Assembly (NCBI GenBank): GCA_022573815.1
Contig: JACZTG010000001.1
Location: forward strand, 859 to 64,858
DNA from: Fidelibacterota bacterium
GTDB lineage: Bacteria; Fidelibacterota; SORT01
Reading direction: 5' to 3'
DNA length: 64,000 nucleotides
The notes under the pieces were generated by a model. That model was not told where the DNA came from. It searched no databases and was given only the letters and a program-made list of their open reading frames with translations. Positions 27,185 to 37,113 of the stretch are shown here, piece by piece; the first letter of the stretch is position 1, and the number at the start of each line of letters is the position of its first letter. Made by a program: the position numbers and the translations under genes.

Positions 27185-27652
27185 ATGAAAGAGAAATCAT
27201 TTATCATTACTATAGCTTTGTCATTCGTATCATTCTTTTTTAGCTGTGAAAGTGTTATTTACGAAGCACATTCCTTGGAAAATTTCGTCTCCATGACAAC
27301 ACCGAAGGATATTGGTGAATATGAAGTGGTTGGAAAACTAAAATATGATACGAAAGCGGTCTTTCTCGTTCTGCAATTAATAACCATAAGAGACGCGGAA
27401 ATTGATAATGCTATTCAAAAACAGGTGGGGAAATACGAAGGTGATGGTGTAATAAACCTGAAGATTCATGAACAATATAAAATTGTTGATATCATAATTG
27501 CCGCTTTTGTAGGGGGATTGTTAAATACGAGAACTGTGGAAGTAAGAGGCGATATTATAAGGATAAATCCGGCATCCACAGTCGAGATACCTGAATTAAC
27601 TGACCAGATCGAACTTGCAATTCTTGATTATAACGAAGGTGTGGTTAGATAA
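27185..27652 (+). CDS. Bor/TRL-like lipoprotein (paralogue of the upstream gene)
   Basis: Lipobox FFSC; GDGVINLKI...D.IIA..VGGLLNTRTVEVRG. Confidence 0.7.
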   Translation: MKEKSFIITIALSFVSFFFSCESVIYEAHSLENFVSMTTPKDIGEYEVVGKLKYDTKAVFLVLQLITIRDAEIDNAIQKQVGKYEGDGVINLKIHEQYKIVDIIIAAFVGGLLNTRTVEVRGDIIRINPASTVEIPELTDQIELAILDYNEGVVR

Positions 27653-27693
27653 CCTCACTCAAATAATCAAATCTTTAATTAAAATATTCTAAT

Positions 27694-27738
27694 GTGGCGA
27701 AAATGAACCAGCCTAATAGTCACTAAACAGCATCAAAC
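27694..27738 (+). repeat. 45-bp dispersed direct repeat, copy 4
   Basis: gtggcgaaaatgaaccagcctaatagtcactaaacagcatcaaac. Confidence 0.85.
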
Positions 27739-27754
27739 AATGGTAGGGTTCGTG

Positions 27755-27822
27755 GTGGTTGGGGCTTGCCCCGACACCAGTATTATTAGTTGAATGCGGT
27801 CAGGGCAAGCCCTAACCCGCAC
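27755..27822. repeat. Inverted pair of REP-like hairpins (no insert)
   Basis: ggttggggcttgccccgacacc ... gcggtcagggcaagccctaacccgcac. Confidence 0.7.
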
Positions 27823-27859
27823 AAAAAAATCCCTGATTTCTTAAGTGAATTCAGGGATT
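27823..27859 (-). terminator. Intrinsic terminator of the tRNA gene
   Basis: Minus strand AATCCCTGA...TCAGGGATT followed by a T run. Confidence 0.8.
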
Positions 27860-27877
27860 GTGGTACTATTACTTTCG

Positions 27878-27951
<74 letters not shown>

Positions 27952-27964
27952 ATCATCGGGAAGA

Positions 27965-27993
27965 ATAATATAGCATCGGCTGATTACAGTCAA
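27965..27993 (-). promoter_or_regulatory. sigma70 promoter of tRNA-fMet
   Basis: TTGACT-17 nt-TATTAT just upstream of the tRNA. Confidence 0.75.
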
Positions 27994-28044
27994 GCTTTGA
28001 ATTGGGGCTGAAACGAATTTTGAAAGAAAATTCGGTTATAAAGG

Positions 28045-28653
28045 TCAGTTGATGATAGCAGAGCCATGTGTAGCGTCTATGAGTTCTGATCTTAGGTTAT
28101 CCAGTTCGCTGTTTCTTACTGACAGCTGCACAAAAGCTTTGTCTCCCTTGTAGCCTTGACTGATCTCCGCCTTGAAAGCTGAAGCGGTCTTCAGCACAGC
28201 GCTCAGGAGGTTATAGTCCACTAATACCTCTAATTTTGCTCTGGCGATCTGTTCTACGATTTCCGCATTATTGATTAGTTCTTTTACGCAACCGCCGTAA
28301 GCTCTCGCCAATCCACCAACGCCTAATTTAGTACCTCCGTAATAGCGCGTCACCACGGCTAATATGTTAGTTAAGCCGGCGCCTTCCAATACGGCAAGCA
28401 TGGGAGCGCCCGCGGAACCCGACGGTTCTCCGTCATCGCTGGAAATTGCGCGAATATCATCGCCGATACCAATTCTGTATGCGTAGCAGTGATGTGTGGC
28501 ATCGCGCGATTTTTTCCGTATAAGATCGAGATTCGTTTTGACCTCATTTTCATCGTTGATGCGGGTCGCAAAGCCGATGAATTTTGAGCCTTTTTCTTTC
28601 AGGAGCGAATCAGAATCGCCTTTAATTGTGAGGAAGCTGTCTGCTTCGGGCAT
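28045..28653 (-). CDS. yigZ: YigZ/IMPACT family protein
   Basis: EKGSKFIG, ATHHCYAYR, DDGEPSGSAG, VTRYYGGTKLGVGGL. Confidence 0.92.
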   Translation of the reverse strand: MPEADSFLTIKGDSDSLLKEKGSKFIGFATRINDENEVKTNLDLIRKKSRDATHHCYAYRIGIGDDIRAISSDDGEPSGSAGAPMLAVLEGAGLTNILAVVTRYYGGTKLGVGGLARAYGGCVKELINNAEIVEQIARAKLEVLVDYNLLSAVLKTASAFKAEISQGYKGDKAFVQLSVRNSELDNLRSELIDATHGSAIIN

Positions 28654-28656
28654 AGA

Positions 28657-30378
28657 TTATCGCAGAAGAGTAAACTTACCGTTAATCTCCACTTCATCTC
28701 CCGAAATGCGGAAGAAATAAATGCCGCTGGCCAGGTTATCGGCGGGCGAATAGACTATTCTGTTCTCGCCTTTCAAGAAAAAACCCTTCGTTTGCCGATG
28801 GACAGTCTGGCCGAGCAGATTATAGACGGTGAATGTTATATCAGTATTATCGGCTTTGAGCTCAAATGTAATGTCTGTTTGTGTCTTAAATGGATTCGGA
28901 TAGAGCGCAATCAGGTTTGCGGGAGGAGCGCCTGTGATAGCCACTTCAAGGCTGTAAGTTTCTCGAACCGATCCACCGTCTCCTTCTATCGAACCATTAC
29001 TGACGGCAACAATTAATCCTTCGATATTGCTGACTTCATTCACATTCACAGCTGAACCGGGATTTAAAAAGGTAATATCCGGCGGACCGGCGGTTAAAGT
29101 CGTACTCCAGACATTTGGATTTCCGGCAGCCGTAAATGCCGCTTTAATTCGCGCATCATCAATGGGAATGAACCTGTTTATCCGAAACGAGAGTTCTTCT
29201 AAGCCGAAAAACGGTATATTCAGTACGGAACCCGAGAAAGTCGTATCACTGTAAGGTTCTAACTCAGGATATAATTCTCCCTCTTCAAAAAATGCGCCGG
29301 GTACTTTCCTGCTTCCTGTGAACCAGTTCCAGATAGCGAATTTACCCCATGCAGCCTTCAGACCGCCTTCGGGTTCATATGCGGCATTTTCTTTAAGCGC
29401 CAGGTCTAAAGCAATCTCAGCTTTGTTCGTAAGCATTTTTTCCCATGCGCCTCTGATTACATGAGCATCATAATTCTCTTGAATAAACTTCCCGAATATC
29501 GCCACATTGAAGCCGTTTGTATAATGTAATCCCTTATCGGTATCTGAATAATAAAACTCGATATATTGCAAATAATCGTTTATTGAGTCATAACCCAGGT
29601 CTTCAATCCAGGTTGCTGTGAGCTCAAAAAACCAGACATCGTTTGGTCTGAAAGTGTACCCGAGTTGGAATACATGAAAGAGTTCGTGAACAGCGGTTAC
29701 GCGCATGCCGTCTAAACCGTTGGAAAAATAGATGCTTTCGCTGAAATCATCATCCATCTCAATAAATGTTATGCTTGGCGCATTTTGAGCGAAGCCTGTA
29801 TCATCGACAGCATATGTAGTGCCGTAAGCCAAGGTAGGAGATAACTCCCTTATGAATACATCAATTTGATCACCGTCAATAGTGTCAACGGGAGGTATCT
29901 GATATCCGAGTGAATCAACAAACATACTCCAACCTCTTTCATATGCGCGACCCGTATAAAAAATCCAGTCCGGTACCGCATTTCCTAAGAGATTAGTCGT
30001 ATCAACTGCATTGACTCCTGTGGTATCATAATGGATTTTAAAATGTCCTTCTTCCGTTTTATAACTTGCCTGCGACAGCGGTCTGCCCTTGGCAAATGTT
30101 TTAGCGGACTTTTCGAGCGAACTTGAATGTTTTATCGCTTCAACCTGAATAGGGAAGAGACATTTGATATTACTTTCTCCCGCTTCAGGGGAATATTGTC
30201 CGGATTGCAATGCGGAATACAATGATTTGACCTTTGAAGAATAAACTTTTTTGTCTATCTCACCGGTTTGGTAACGTAGTTTCAATTTAGTGTAAACATC
30301 CTGAGCAAAGAGATCAGATCGGCTAATTCCAAGAAATTGTACCGCTAAATATAATATAATAATAGTCTTCATAGTCAA
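28657..30378 (-). CDS. Secreted zinc metalloprotease-like protein with T9SS-type C-terminal domain
   Basis: Signal peptide, HFKIHY, AVHELFHVFQ (HEXXH), WFFELTATWIE; CTD YPNPF...YNLLGQ...LASGIYF. Confidence 0.8.
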   Translation of the reverse strand: MTMKTIIILYLAVQFLGISRSDLFAQDVYTKLKLRYQTGEIDKKVYSSKVKSLYSALQSGQYSPEAGESNIKCLFPIQVEAIKHSSSLEKSAKTFAKGRPLSQASYKTEEGHFKIHYDTTGVNAVDTTNLLGNAVPDWIFYTGRAYERGWSMFVDSLGYQIPPVDTIDGDQIDVFIRELSPTLAYGTTYAVDDTGFAQNAPSITFIEMDDDFSESIYFSNGLDGMRVTAVHELFHVFQLGYTFRPNDVWFFELTATWIEDLGYDSINDYLQYIEFYYSDTDKGLHYTNGFNVAIFGKFIQENYDAHVIRGAWEKMLTNKAEIALDLALKENAAYEPEGGLKAAWGKFAIWNWFTGSRKVPGAFFEEGELYPELEPYSDTTFSGSVLNIPFFGLEELSFRINRFIPIDDARIKAAFTAAGNPNVWSTTLTAGPPDITFLNPGSAVNVNEVSNIEGLIVAVSNGSIEGDGGSVRETYSLEVAITGAPPANLIALYPNPFKTQTDITFELKADNTDITFTVYNLLGQTVHRQTKGFFLKGENRIVYSPADNLASGIYFFRISGDEVEINGKFTLLR

Positions 30379-30524
30379 TAGTTAGTTGGGTAAAGTTAAA
30401 CAAGAATAAGTATTTAATCAATTACGCGAATTTAAGAGTTTGAGACCTTGTAATATCAATTTTTCGGATTAAATTTAATTCGCCTTAACATAATTAACGA
30501 AATTAATATAGGTGAAATATTACT

Positions 30525-31142
30525 TTGATGAAAATATTAACTCTGTCTCTTTCAATTATTTTTTTTCTTATGAATTCGGGTTGTGAATCAGATTCGGAAA
30601 CGGTAATGTTGAAGATGGAAACAGAGCTGGGGGAAATAACGATTGAGATATATCTCGATAAAGCGCCCATCACCGCTCTGAATTTTCTGAAATACGTTGA
30701 CGACGGAGTGTTTAAGAATTCCAAATTTTACAGGGTTGTAAGAGATGACAACCAACCTGATAATGATGTAACAATTGATGTGATTCAAGGCGGGCTCTCC
30801 ACGGAAGAGGAAATGTATCCGCCGATTGAGCATGAAACCACGTTAAAAACAGGAATCAGACATAAAGACGGCGCGATTTCAATGGCGAGACTTGAACCGG
30901 GCACCGCTACGTCGGAGTTTTTCATATGTGTGGGCGACCAACCTGAACTTGATTTCGGAGGTCATCGCAATCCGGATGGACAGGGATTTGCGGCTTTCGG
31001 AAAAGTAGTTGAAGGAATGGAGGTTGTGAGAAAAATCCATCAGCAGCCTGTAGATGGACAGATATTGAATCCTGAAATATTAATTGTAAACCTGACGCGT
31101 CTTGAACGGGCAGGAACTCAAATTAGAAGTAAGTATTATTAA
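30525..31142 (+). CDS. Cyclophilin-type peptidyl-prolyl isomerase
   Basis: APITALNF, FYRVV, IQGG, GAISMAR, ATSEFFI, FAAFGKVVEGMEVV. Confidence 0.92.
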   Translation: MMKILTLSLSIIFFLMNSGCESDSETVMLKMETELGEITIEIYLDKAPITALNFLKYVDDGVFKNSKFYRVVRDDNQPDNDVTIDVIQGGLSTEEEMYPPIEHETTLKTGIRHKDGAISMARLEPGTATSEFFICVGDQPELDFGGHRNPDGQGFAAFGKVVEGMEVVRKIHQQPVDGQILNPEILIVNLTRLERAGTQIRSKYY

Positions 31143-31167
31143 TCGTATAAAAAGTAGAATAATTTAC

Positions 31168-31196
31168 TTGCGTTACCCTAAAAGAGTTATTAGATT
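31168..31196 (+). promoter_or_regulatory. Putative sigma70 promoter of gap
   Basis: TTGCGT-17 nt-TAGATT. Confidence 0.5.
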
Positions 31197-31241
31197 TTTT
31201 CGTAATTATAAACTGAGTGACTAAAATGTGGAATAAAATAT

Positions 31242-32264
31242 ATGGCAATTAAAGTGGGAATAAACGGATTCGGCAGAATAGGACGTTCAGTCGTAAGAGC
31301 CGCAAAACTCATACGTAAAGCGGATTTTGATTTTGTAGCGATAAATGACCTTACGGATCCTTCAAAACTTTGTACAGTACTGAAATATGATTCTGTTCAC
31401 GGAACTTATCCCGGAGAAGTGATAATTGACGATGGTGATCTGTCGGTTGATGGCGATAAAATTAAAATGGTTTCAGAAAAAGATCCGGCGAATCTTCCGT
31501 GGGGAGAACTTGGAGTTGAGATAGTTGTTGAATCTACCGGTCTTTTTCGAGAAAGGTCTCAATTGGAGAAGCATCTGAGCGCAGGCGCGAAAAAGGTCAT
31601 TCTTACAGTTCCTCCTAAAGACGATATAGATGCAACTATAGTTCTCGGTGTTAACGATGATATATTGACAGGTGACGAGAAAATTGTCTCCAACGCCTCT
31701 TGCACAACAAATTGCGCGGCGTCTGTCACAAAAGTCATCCATGAAGCATTTAATATCAAGAAAGGATTTCTAAGTACGATACACGCTTACACGATGGATC
31801 AAAAGCTGTTAGACTCTCCTCATCCGGATATGCGAAGAGCAAGGGCTGCATCACTTTCGATAATTCCTACTTCCACAGGAGCTGCCAAAACACTTGGAGT
31901 TGTTCTTCCGAGCCTTGCCGGAAAAATTGACGGAATGTCCTTCAGAGTTCCAATTCCTGACGGTTCTATCGTTGACCTGATATTTGTAATAGAAAAATCA
32001 ACAACTGTTGAAGAGATAAATAAAGTTATGAAGGAAGCAGCGGAAGGCGAAATGAAAGGGATTATCGAGTATACGGAAGATCCCATTGTTTCTGTGGATA
32101 TTACAGGAAACGTTAATTCTGCCATATTTGACGCCGGTTTGACTCGCGCAATGGATGATAAATTCATTAAAGTATCGGCATGGTATGATAATGAAATGGG
32201 TTATGCTTGCAGAGTGGTGGACCTGATCACAAAGCTTCATTCGCTGTCAGCGGGAAGCGCTTAA
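31242..32264 (+). CDS. gap: Type I glyceraldehyde-3-phosphate dehydrogenase
   Basis: GINGFGRIGR, SNASCTTNC, IIPTSTGAAK, WYDNE. Confidence 0.98.
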   Translation: MAIKVGINGFGRIGRSVVRAAKLIRKADFDFVAINDLTDPSKLCTVLKYDSVHGTYPGEVIIDDGDLSVDGDKIKMVSEKDPANLPWGELGVEIVVESTGLFRERSQLEKHLSAGAKKVILTVPPKDDIDATIVLGVNDDILTGDEKIVSNASCTTNCAASVTKVIHEAFNIKKGFLSTIHAYTMDQKLLDSPHPDMRRARAASLSIIPTSTGAAKTLGVVLPSLAGKIDGMSFRVPIPDGSIVDLIFVIEKSTTVEEINKVMKEAAEGEMKGIIEYTEDPIVSVDITGNVNSAIFDAGLTRAMDDKFIKVSAWYDNEMGYACRVVDLITKLHSLSAGSA

Positions 32265-33091
32265 TTTCTTGCGCGAAGAATTGTTTGTTTTTTAACGATG
32301 CCTTCTTTATTGATTATAGCCCTGCTGACCCATGTATTTCTCGGTCCTAAGGGAGGGAGTAATTGTTCATCAAGATAGATAGCGACAGATCTGGTTTTAC
32401 TGATTCTCAAAGAAAATTGGTCGTTAGCCTTCCAGGTACGTTCCTCTCCAAGTCTTTGGAAAGTAATATCATCGGGTTCTCCATCATCGGTAATAACTAC
32501 GACCCGAACGCGCACGCTGTCCATAGACATAATCCGCAGGGACATTGGGACGGGAGTAACGAACTCTACAGCATCTATAGAATCGGAAACAACGGAATCT
32601 GCGGCGGCTAAGGTGTCAGAAATAATAGATGACTTATCGGAGGACGAAACATCCCCACTCTCTACGGATTCTTCAAAAGAAGTTTTTATCGGTTCTTCAA
32701 CACCGCAAAATTTTACAGAGACCAATAATATTCCGAAAACTATGACAATTCCAGCCCACATAAGTCGCGGTGTAAATTTTGAATCTGAGTCGTCGCCGGA
32801 TTTAGTATCGCCTTCGGCAAGCTCGCGTCTGGCTCTGCGTTTTTCCTTTGGTAATTGTTCCGCCGCCCTGAAGAGGCGATATCTCCTGGCTGCATCATCA
32901 GGATCCATCCCTATTTCTTTGGCATAAGCTCTGATGAAAAGTACAATATACGGTTCAGGCAACACTTCATATTCGCCGGATTCAACAGCGTGCAGGTATA
33001 TCGGATTTATTTTGGTAACGCTTGCGATATCCTCAATTGAGAGACCTCGTGCAAGTCTGCTTTCGCGTAACTCTTCATAGAAATTTGCCAT
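32261..33091 (-). CDS. rodZ: Cytoskeleton protein RodZ-like (HTH-TM-DUF4115)
   Basis: N-terminal HTH (LRESR..RGLSIEDI...TKI...YL.AVE), FIRAYAK, single TM. Confidence 0.8.
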   Translation of the reverse strand: MANFYEELRESRLARGLSIEDIASVTKINPIYLHAVESGEYEVLPEPYIVLFIRAYAKEIGMDPDDAARRYRLFRAAEQLPKEKRRARRELAEGDTKSGDDSDSKFTPRLMWAGIVIVFGILLVSVKFCGVEEPIKTSFEESVESGDVSSSDKSSIISDTLAAADSVVSDSIDAVEFVTPVPMSLRIMSMDSVRVRVVVITDDGEPDDITFQRLGEERTWKANDQFSLRISKTRSVAIYLDEQLLPPLGPRNTWVSRAIINKEGIVKKQTILRARN

Positions 33092-33121
33092 TAAAACGAT
33101 TACTCCGTGTATGAAAGATGA

Positions 33122-33150
33122 ATAATACTGAACCCTTTATTGAGAGTCAA
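33122..33150 (-). promoter_or_regulatory. Putative sigma70 promoter of rodZ
   Basis: TTGACT-17 nt-TATTAT. Confidence 0.6.
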
Positions 33151-33205
33151 ATATAAAATATATGATGACGATTATATCAATACCGATTAACTTGGCTGAT
33201 AGCTT

Positions 33206-35371
33206 ATGAAGGGTCGTTTGAACATAGCTTTTCTTATTCACTATCACCAACCTTACTATGCCGCTCCGGATGATATGACAAATTCGCAGCCTTGGGTGAG
33301 GCTTCATGCAGCGCGGGATTACCTGAATATCGGGTCGCTCTTAAAACAATATCCAAACATCAGAGTTACATTCAGTTTTAGTTCTTCCCTTCTTGAGCAG
33401 CTAAAAGAATATTCAGATAACGAATATCAGGACAGGTTTCAGCAGCTTACGATAAAAGACCCCGGCAAAATGAACCTTGAAGAAAAAGAATTTCTATTAT
33501 CCAATATTTTTGATCTCTATTCTACCAAATCAGGAATTGATTTTCCCGGATGGAATAAATTAAGCAATATCTGGGCCGAAAGGGTCCAAGCGTACGGGGT
33601 TGAAAAGGCTGTTGAACAAACTTCGGACGGCGAGCTGCTTGACGCTCAGGTTCTTCACCTGCTCAGCTGGAGTGGTTGGGATATAATCCAAACAGAATCT
33701 ATCCGGGATCTATTGACAAAAACCGATAAGTTTACAGAGAATGATAAGGAAATAATCTTAGCTGTTCACAGTGATGTTTTGAAGCAAATTATTCCAATGT
33801 TCAATGAATTATCAGATTCCGGGCAAGCGGAATTAGCTATGTCACCATACTATAATCCAATACTGCCGCTTCTGATAGACAACGATTACGGTAAAATCGC
33901 TGATCGTTATTGTGATGAATCATCACTTCATTTCGCTCATCCCGAAGATGCATTATATCAGATACATAGCGCATTGAATTTTTGCAATACACGGTTTGGC
34001 GATATCCCGAACGGAATGTGGCTGCCTGAAGGATCAGTATGTTATGAAACTCTTGAGCATGCAGCGAAAGAAGGTCTTAAATGGTTGATAAGTGACGATC
34101 AGGTGTTGAGTCACACGCTTAAGGAACAGATGTCCGATGAAAAAAAATACCAAGCACACAAGATTAACGGAATTGAAAATTGTCCAGCGCTATTTTTTAG
34201 ATCTTCTGAATTATCCGATGCAATATCATTCAATTATTCGAAGCTTTCGCCGGAGCAAGCGGTAAAGGAACTGATACGGAATTTGGAGGAAATCCGAGAA
34301 TCTCTTTCCGGTGACGAAACGGAATACCTTGTAACGATAGTCTTGGACGGTGAAAATAGTTGGGAATATTATCCTAAGAATGGTTACCTGTTTTTTAACG
34401 AGCTCTTCTCCGTATTGAGCGAATCTGACACCTTAAAAACGATCTCATTTGATGAATACCTTAAAAACACCGCTGATATTCAGCAGCTGGAAACGCTCTC
34501 CCCCGGTTCAAGTGTGGATTGCAATTTTAATTCCTGGATAGGTCAGGAGCAAACCAATAGGGCATGGGATGTTCTTGCCGAAGCGAGAGAAGTTCTGAAA
34601 GAAGCAAAGCAGATGGATAACGTGGATAAAGAACCGTTTAAGGGAATGTATAACGCTGCGCATAAACATTTAATGGCCGCTGAAGGCGCTGATTGGTTCT
34701 GGTGGTATGGAAAGAACCGTTTTTTATCACATTCCATCTTGTTTGATAATCTGTTCAGAGCTCATTTGCAGAAGGTTTACTCCTATCTGAATCTGCCCGT
34801 GCCGGACGGTATATCGGAACCCCTTGAATCAAGTATCTCCGAAGAAGAGGCTCCGCCCGAAGCTGAATTTTCTCCGGAGATAGATGGAATAGAAACCGAA
34901 AGCGATGAATGGCAGTATGCAGGGCACCTCAAATTAGAAGAAAGCACGGGTAATCACGCTTCTCATATAATAAAGGGGGTCAAATATGGCTTTGACACTG
35001 ATTATATCTATCTGAGGCTTGATGGAGATATGGGAATTTTGAAATCAACCGAAGAATCGGTCAGAATAGAACTATGCGTTGTAAAACCAATTGAAGTCGT
35101 AATAAGTATCCCTCTTTCAGAAAATACGGGAAAGATTCAATTGGTCTCCCATAATGTGCAAAAGGAACTATCAGAAGGGAAGGTTGCATTTCAAGAGTTT
35201 ATTGAAATTAAGATACCTATGGATGATTTGAGTATGAATTTGGATGAAAAATTTTATTTCTTTATCAGATTGAAATCAGAAGATAAAGAACTGGAAAGAT
35301 TACCTCTGCAAGGCGTAATAAAGGCGAATTTCTCTTTTTCCAAAGAAAATAATTTAAGAAGGTATCAGTAA
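33206..35371 (+). CDS. Glycoside hydrolase family 57 protein
   Basis: HYHQPYY, WLPEG (nucleophile), LDGENSWE (acid/base), AEGADWFWWYG. Confidence 0.9.
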   Translation: MKGRLNIAFLIHYHQPYYAAPDDMTNSQPWVRLHAARDYLNIGSLLKQYPNIRVTFSFSSSLLEQLKEYSDNEYQDRFQQLTIKDPGKMNLEEKEFLLSNIFDLYSTKSGIDFPGWNKLSNIWAERVQAYGVEKAVEQTSDGELLDAQVLHLLSWSGWDIIQTESIRDLLTKTDKFTENDKEIILAVHSDVLKQIIPMFNELSDSGQAELAMSPYYNPILPLLIDNDYGKIADRYCDESSLHFAHPEDALYQIHSALNFCNTRFGDIPNGMWLPEGSVCYETLEHAAKEGLKWLISDDQVLSHTLKEQMSDEKKYQAHKINGIENCPALFFRSSELSDAISFNYSKLSPEQAVKELIRNLEEIRESLSGDETEYLVTIVLDGENSWEYYPKNGYLFFNELFSVLSESDTLKTISFDEYLKNTADIQQLETLSPGSSVDCNFNSWIGQEQTNRAWDVLAEAREVLKEAKQMDNVDKEPFKGMYNAAHKHLMAAEGADWFWWYGKNRFLSHSILFDNLFRAHLQKVYSYLNLPVPDGISEPLESSISEEEAPPEAEFSPEIDGIETESDEWQYAGHLKLEESTGNHASHIIKGVKYGFDTDYIYLRLDGDMGILKSTEESVRIELCVVKPIEVVISIPLSENTGKIQLVSHNVQKELSEGKVAFQEFIEIKIPMDDLSMNLDEKFYFFIRLKSEDKELERLPLQGVIKANFSFSKENNLRRYQ

Positions 35372-35488
35372 AGAACAAAAGTGGGGAAGGCTAATCTTGC
35401 AATAGGGCTCCATTGTCACCAACCTGTGCACAAAAAGATTCTGATCGGCTTCGCATGCATAAGTTACTATAAATTACATTGATTTATC

Positions 35489-36232
35489 TTGGATAGTATT
35501 ACGTCAAATAATTTAGAAGACACAGGCGAACGGATGATTCCCCCTCAAAAAGGGGAATTAAGCGTAGTTTATGAACATCACAAATATGCTTATGAAGAAA
35601 CACTACAATATGTAACTGATAAGATCGTCTTAGATGTTGGATGCGGCACAGGATATGGCGTAAAAATTTGTTCAGAAACTGCTAAATTCGTAGTCGGCTT
35701 AGATTATGATTTATCTGCCGTCAAATATTGTAATGATAATTTTGCTACTGAGAACAACTCATTCATAAACTCAAATGCTTTATTATTATCTATTGGAACT
35801 GATTCTTTTGATGTAGCCATCACATTCCAGGTCATAGAGCATATTTCTGATTCTTTAAAATTTATTGAAGAGCTGAAGAGGGTTGTAAAACCCTCCGGTT
35901 TAATAATTATTTCAACGCCAAACGTCACTGACTCCGCAAAGAGGAAATTTGGTAATCCATTTCATATAAATGAGATGGGATATGACGATCTTGAGGATCT
36001 ATTAAGAAAATCATTTGAGTCCTTTGAGATATTCGGGCACACCTACAAATCTCAGGGTACTTTAATGAAAATGATACGAAAACTCCCATTGTATAAAATA
36101 GGCGCTTGGTTCAGGAGGAGCAGTATTATTAAAAAACAAGTCTCCAAATCATTAGGAATGACAAAGTTTAGAACGGTTCGAGACAACGTTGAAAATTCAA
36201 TGGATCTTTACGCTGTTTGTAAAAATGAATGA
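35489..36232 (+). CDS. Class I SAM-dependent methyltransferase
   Basis: TGERMIP, VLDVGCGTGYG, FQVIEHI, ISTPN, NPFH. Confidence 0.9.
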   Translation: MDSITSNNLEDTGERMIPPQKGELSVVYEHHKYAYEETLQYVTDKIVLDVGCGTGYGVKICSETAKFVVGLDYDLSAVKYCNDNFATENNSFINSNALLLSIGTDSFDVAITFQVIEHISDSLKFIEELKRVVKPSGLIIISTPNVTDSAKRKFGNPFHINEMGYDDLEDLLRKSFESFEIFGHTYKSQGTLMKMIRKLPLYKIGAWFRRSSIIKKQVSKSLGMTKFRTVRDNVENSMDLYAVCKNE

Positions 36233-36252
36233 ACTGCTAAAGCCAAGAAAAG

Positions 36253-36858
36253 TTATTCGCTTAAACTCAGTCGCTTCCGATTGTCAGGATCGATCATCAT
36301 CTCATAAAAGCGGGTAAGCGGGAATCCCATTACATTATTATAACAGCCTTCTATTTTTTGAACAAATAACGCTCCCGAGTCTTGAATCCCATAAGCTCCG
36401 GCTTTATCAAGCGGTTTTGCCGTATCAACGTATAACATAATCTCTTTTTCGCTGAGCGCCCTGAAATAAACTTTAGTCTGCACATAATCTGTGATAGAAT
36501 ATGATGAGGGAGTTGACAATATAAAAATCGCCGTTAAAACGGTGTGCATTTTCCCGCTGAGTTCTCTCAACATATTTATCGCTTCGTCCCGGCCGGCAGG
36601 TTTCCCGATTACTCTGTCCCCCAATGCCACGATTGTATCCGCGCTGATTATAATGCCATCCTCAACTTTCTCGGCAATTGACCTTCCTTTTGATTCCGCC
36701 AATTTCTGAATTAAGTGGATTATCGATGAATCCGTTACCTCATCTTCATTGATCTTCGGAGGAATAACTTCAGGTTCCAAGCCTATCTGCCTAAGAAGTT
36801 GTAGTCGTCGTGGTGACTCTGATGCAAGAACGAGTCGGCGATTAATTTTTAGTAGCAT
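36253..36858 (-). CDS. maf: Maf nucleoside triphosphate pyrophosphatase
   Basis: LASESPRR, ADTIV, GKP, DKAGAYGIQ, NVMGFP. Confidence 0.95.
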   Translation of the reverse strand: MLLKINRRLVLASESPRRLQLLRQIGLEPEVIPPKINEDEVTDSSIIHLIQKLAESKGRSIAEKVEDGIIISADTIVALGDRVIGKPAGRDEAINMLRELSGKMHTVLTAIFILSTPSSYSITDYVQTKVYFRALSEKEIMLYVDTAKPLDKAGAYGIQDSGALFVQKIEGCYNNVMGFPLTRFYEMMIDPDNRKRLSLSE

Positions 36859-36868
36859 TGAAACAGAA

Positions 36869-37108
36869 TTAACTTTTTAAGATTCGTAGAAGTTTCTTCT
36901 TGTTGATTTTATGCTTGAAAGCGATCTCCCCGTCAATTTCGATAACAGGGATTTCAATATCGAATTTCTTCATAAGTTCTTCGTCTTGAGTAATATCAAT
37001 GGAGCTGAATTGGAAGTCCGCTTCTTCAGCTGCATGCTCAATTATATTCAGAGCCACGTCGCACAGGTGACATCCTTCTTTCGTATAAAATTTAACGGTG
37101 TGATAAAT
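36869..37108 (-). CDS. Glutaredoxin-like protein (DUF836-type); probable ATT start
   Basis: In-frame extension of the 36869-37057 ORF gives YHTVKFYTKEGCHLCDVA (CxxC) ... DI......L...F..EIPVIEIDG; no ATG/GTG/TTG upstream of the CxxC. Confidence 0.75.
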   Translation of the reverse strand: MYHTVKFYTKEGCHLCDVALNIIEHAAEEADFQFSSIDITQDEELMKKFDIEIPVIEIDGEIAFKHKINKKKLLRILKS

Positions 37109-37113
37109 ATCAG

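Noticed and set aside
25217-27738. CRISPR array or integron attC array
   Set aside because: Repeats are 0.6-1.2 kb apart with whole genes between them; no cas or intI genes; no RYYYAAC...GTTRRRY pairing; cassettes have their own promoters and mixed orientation.
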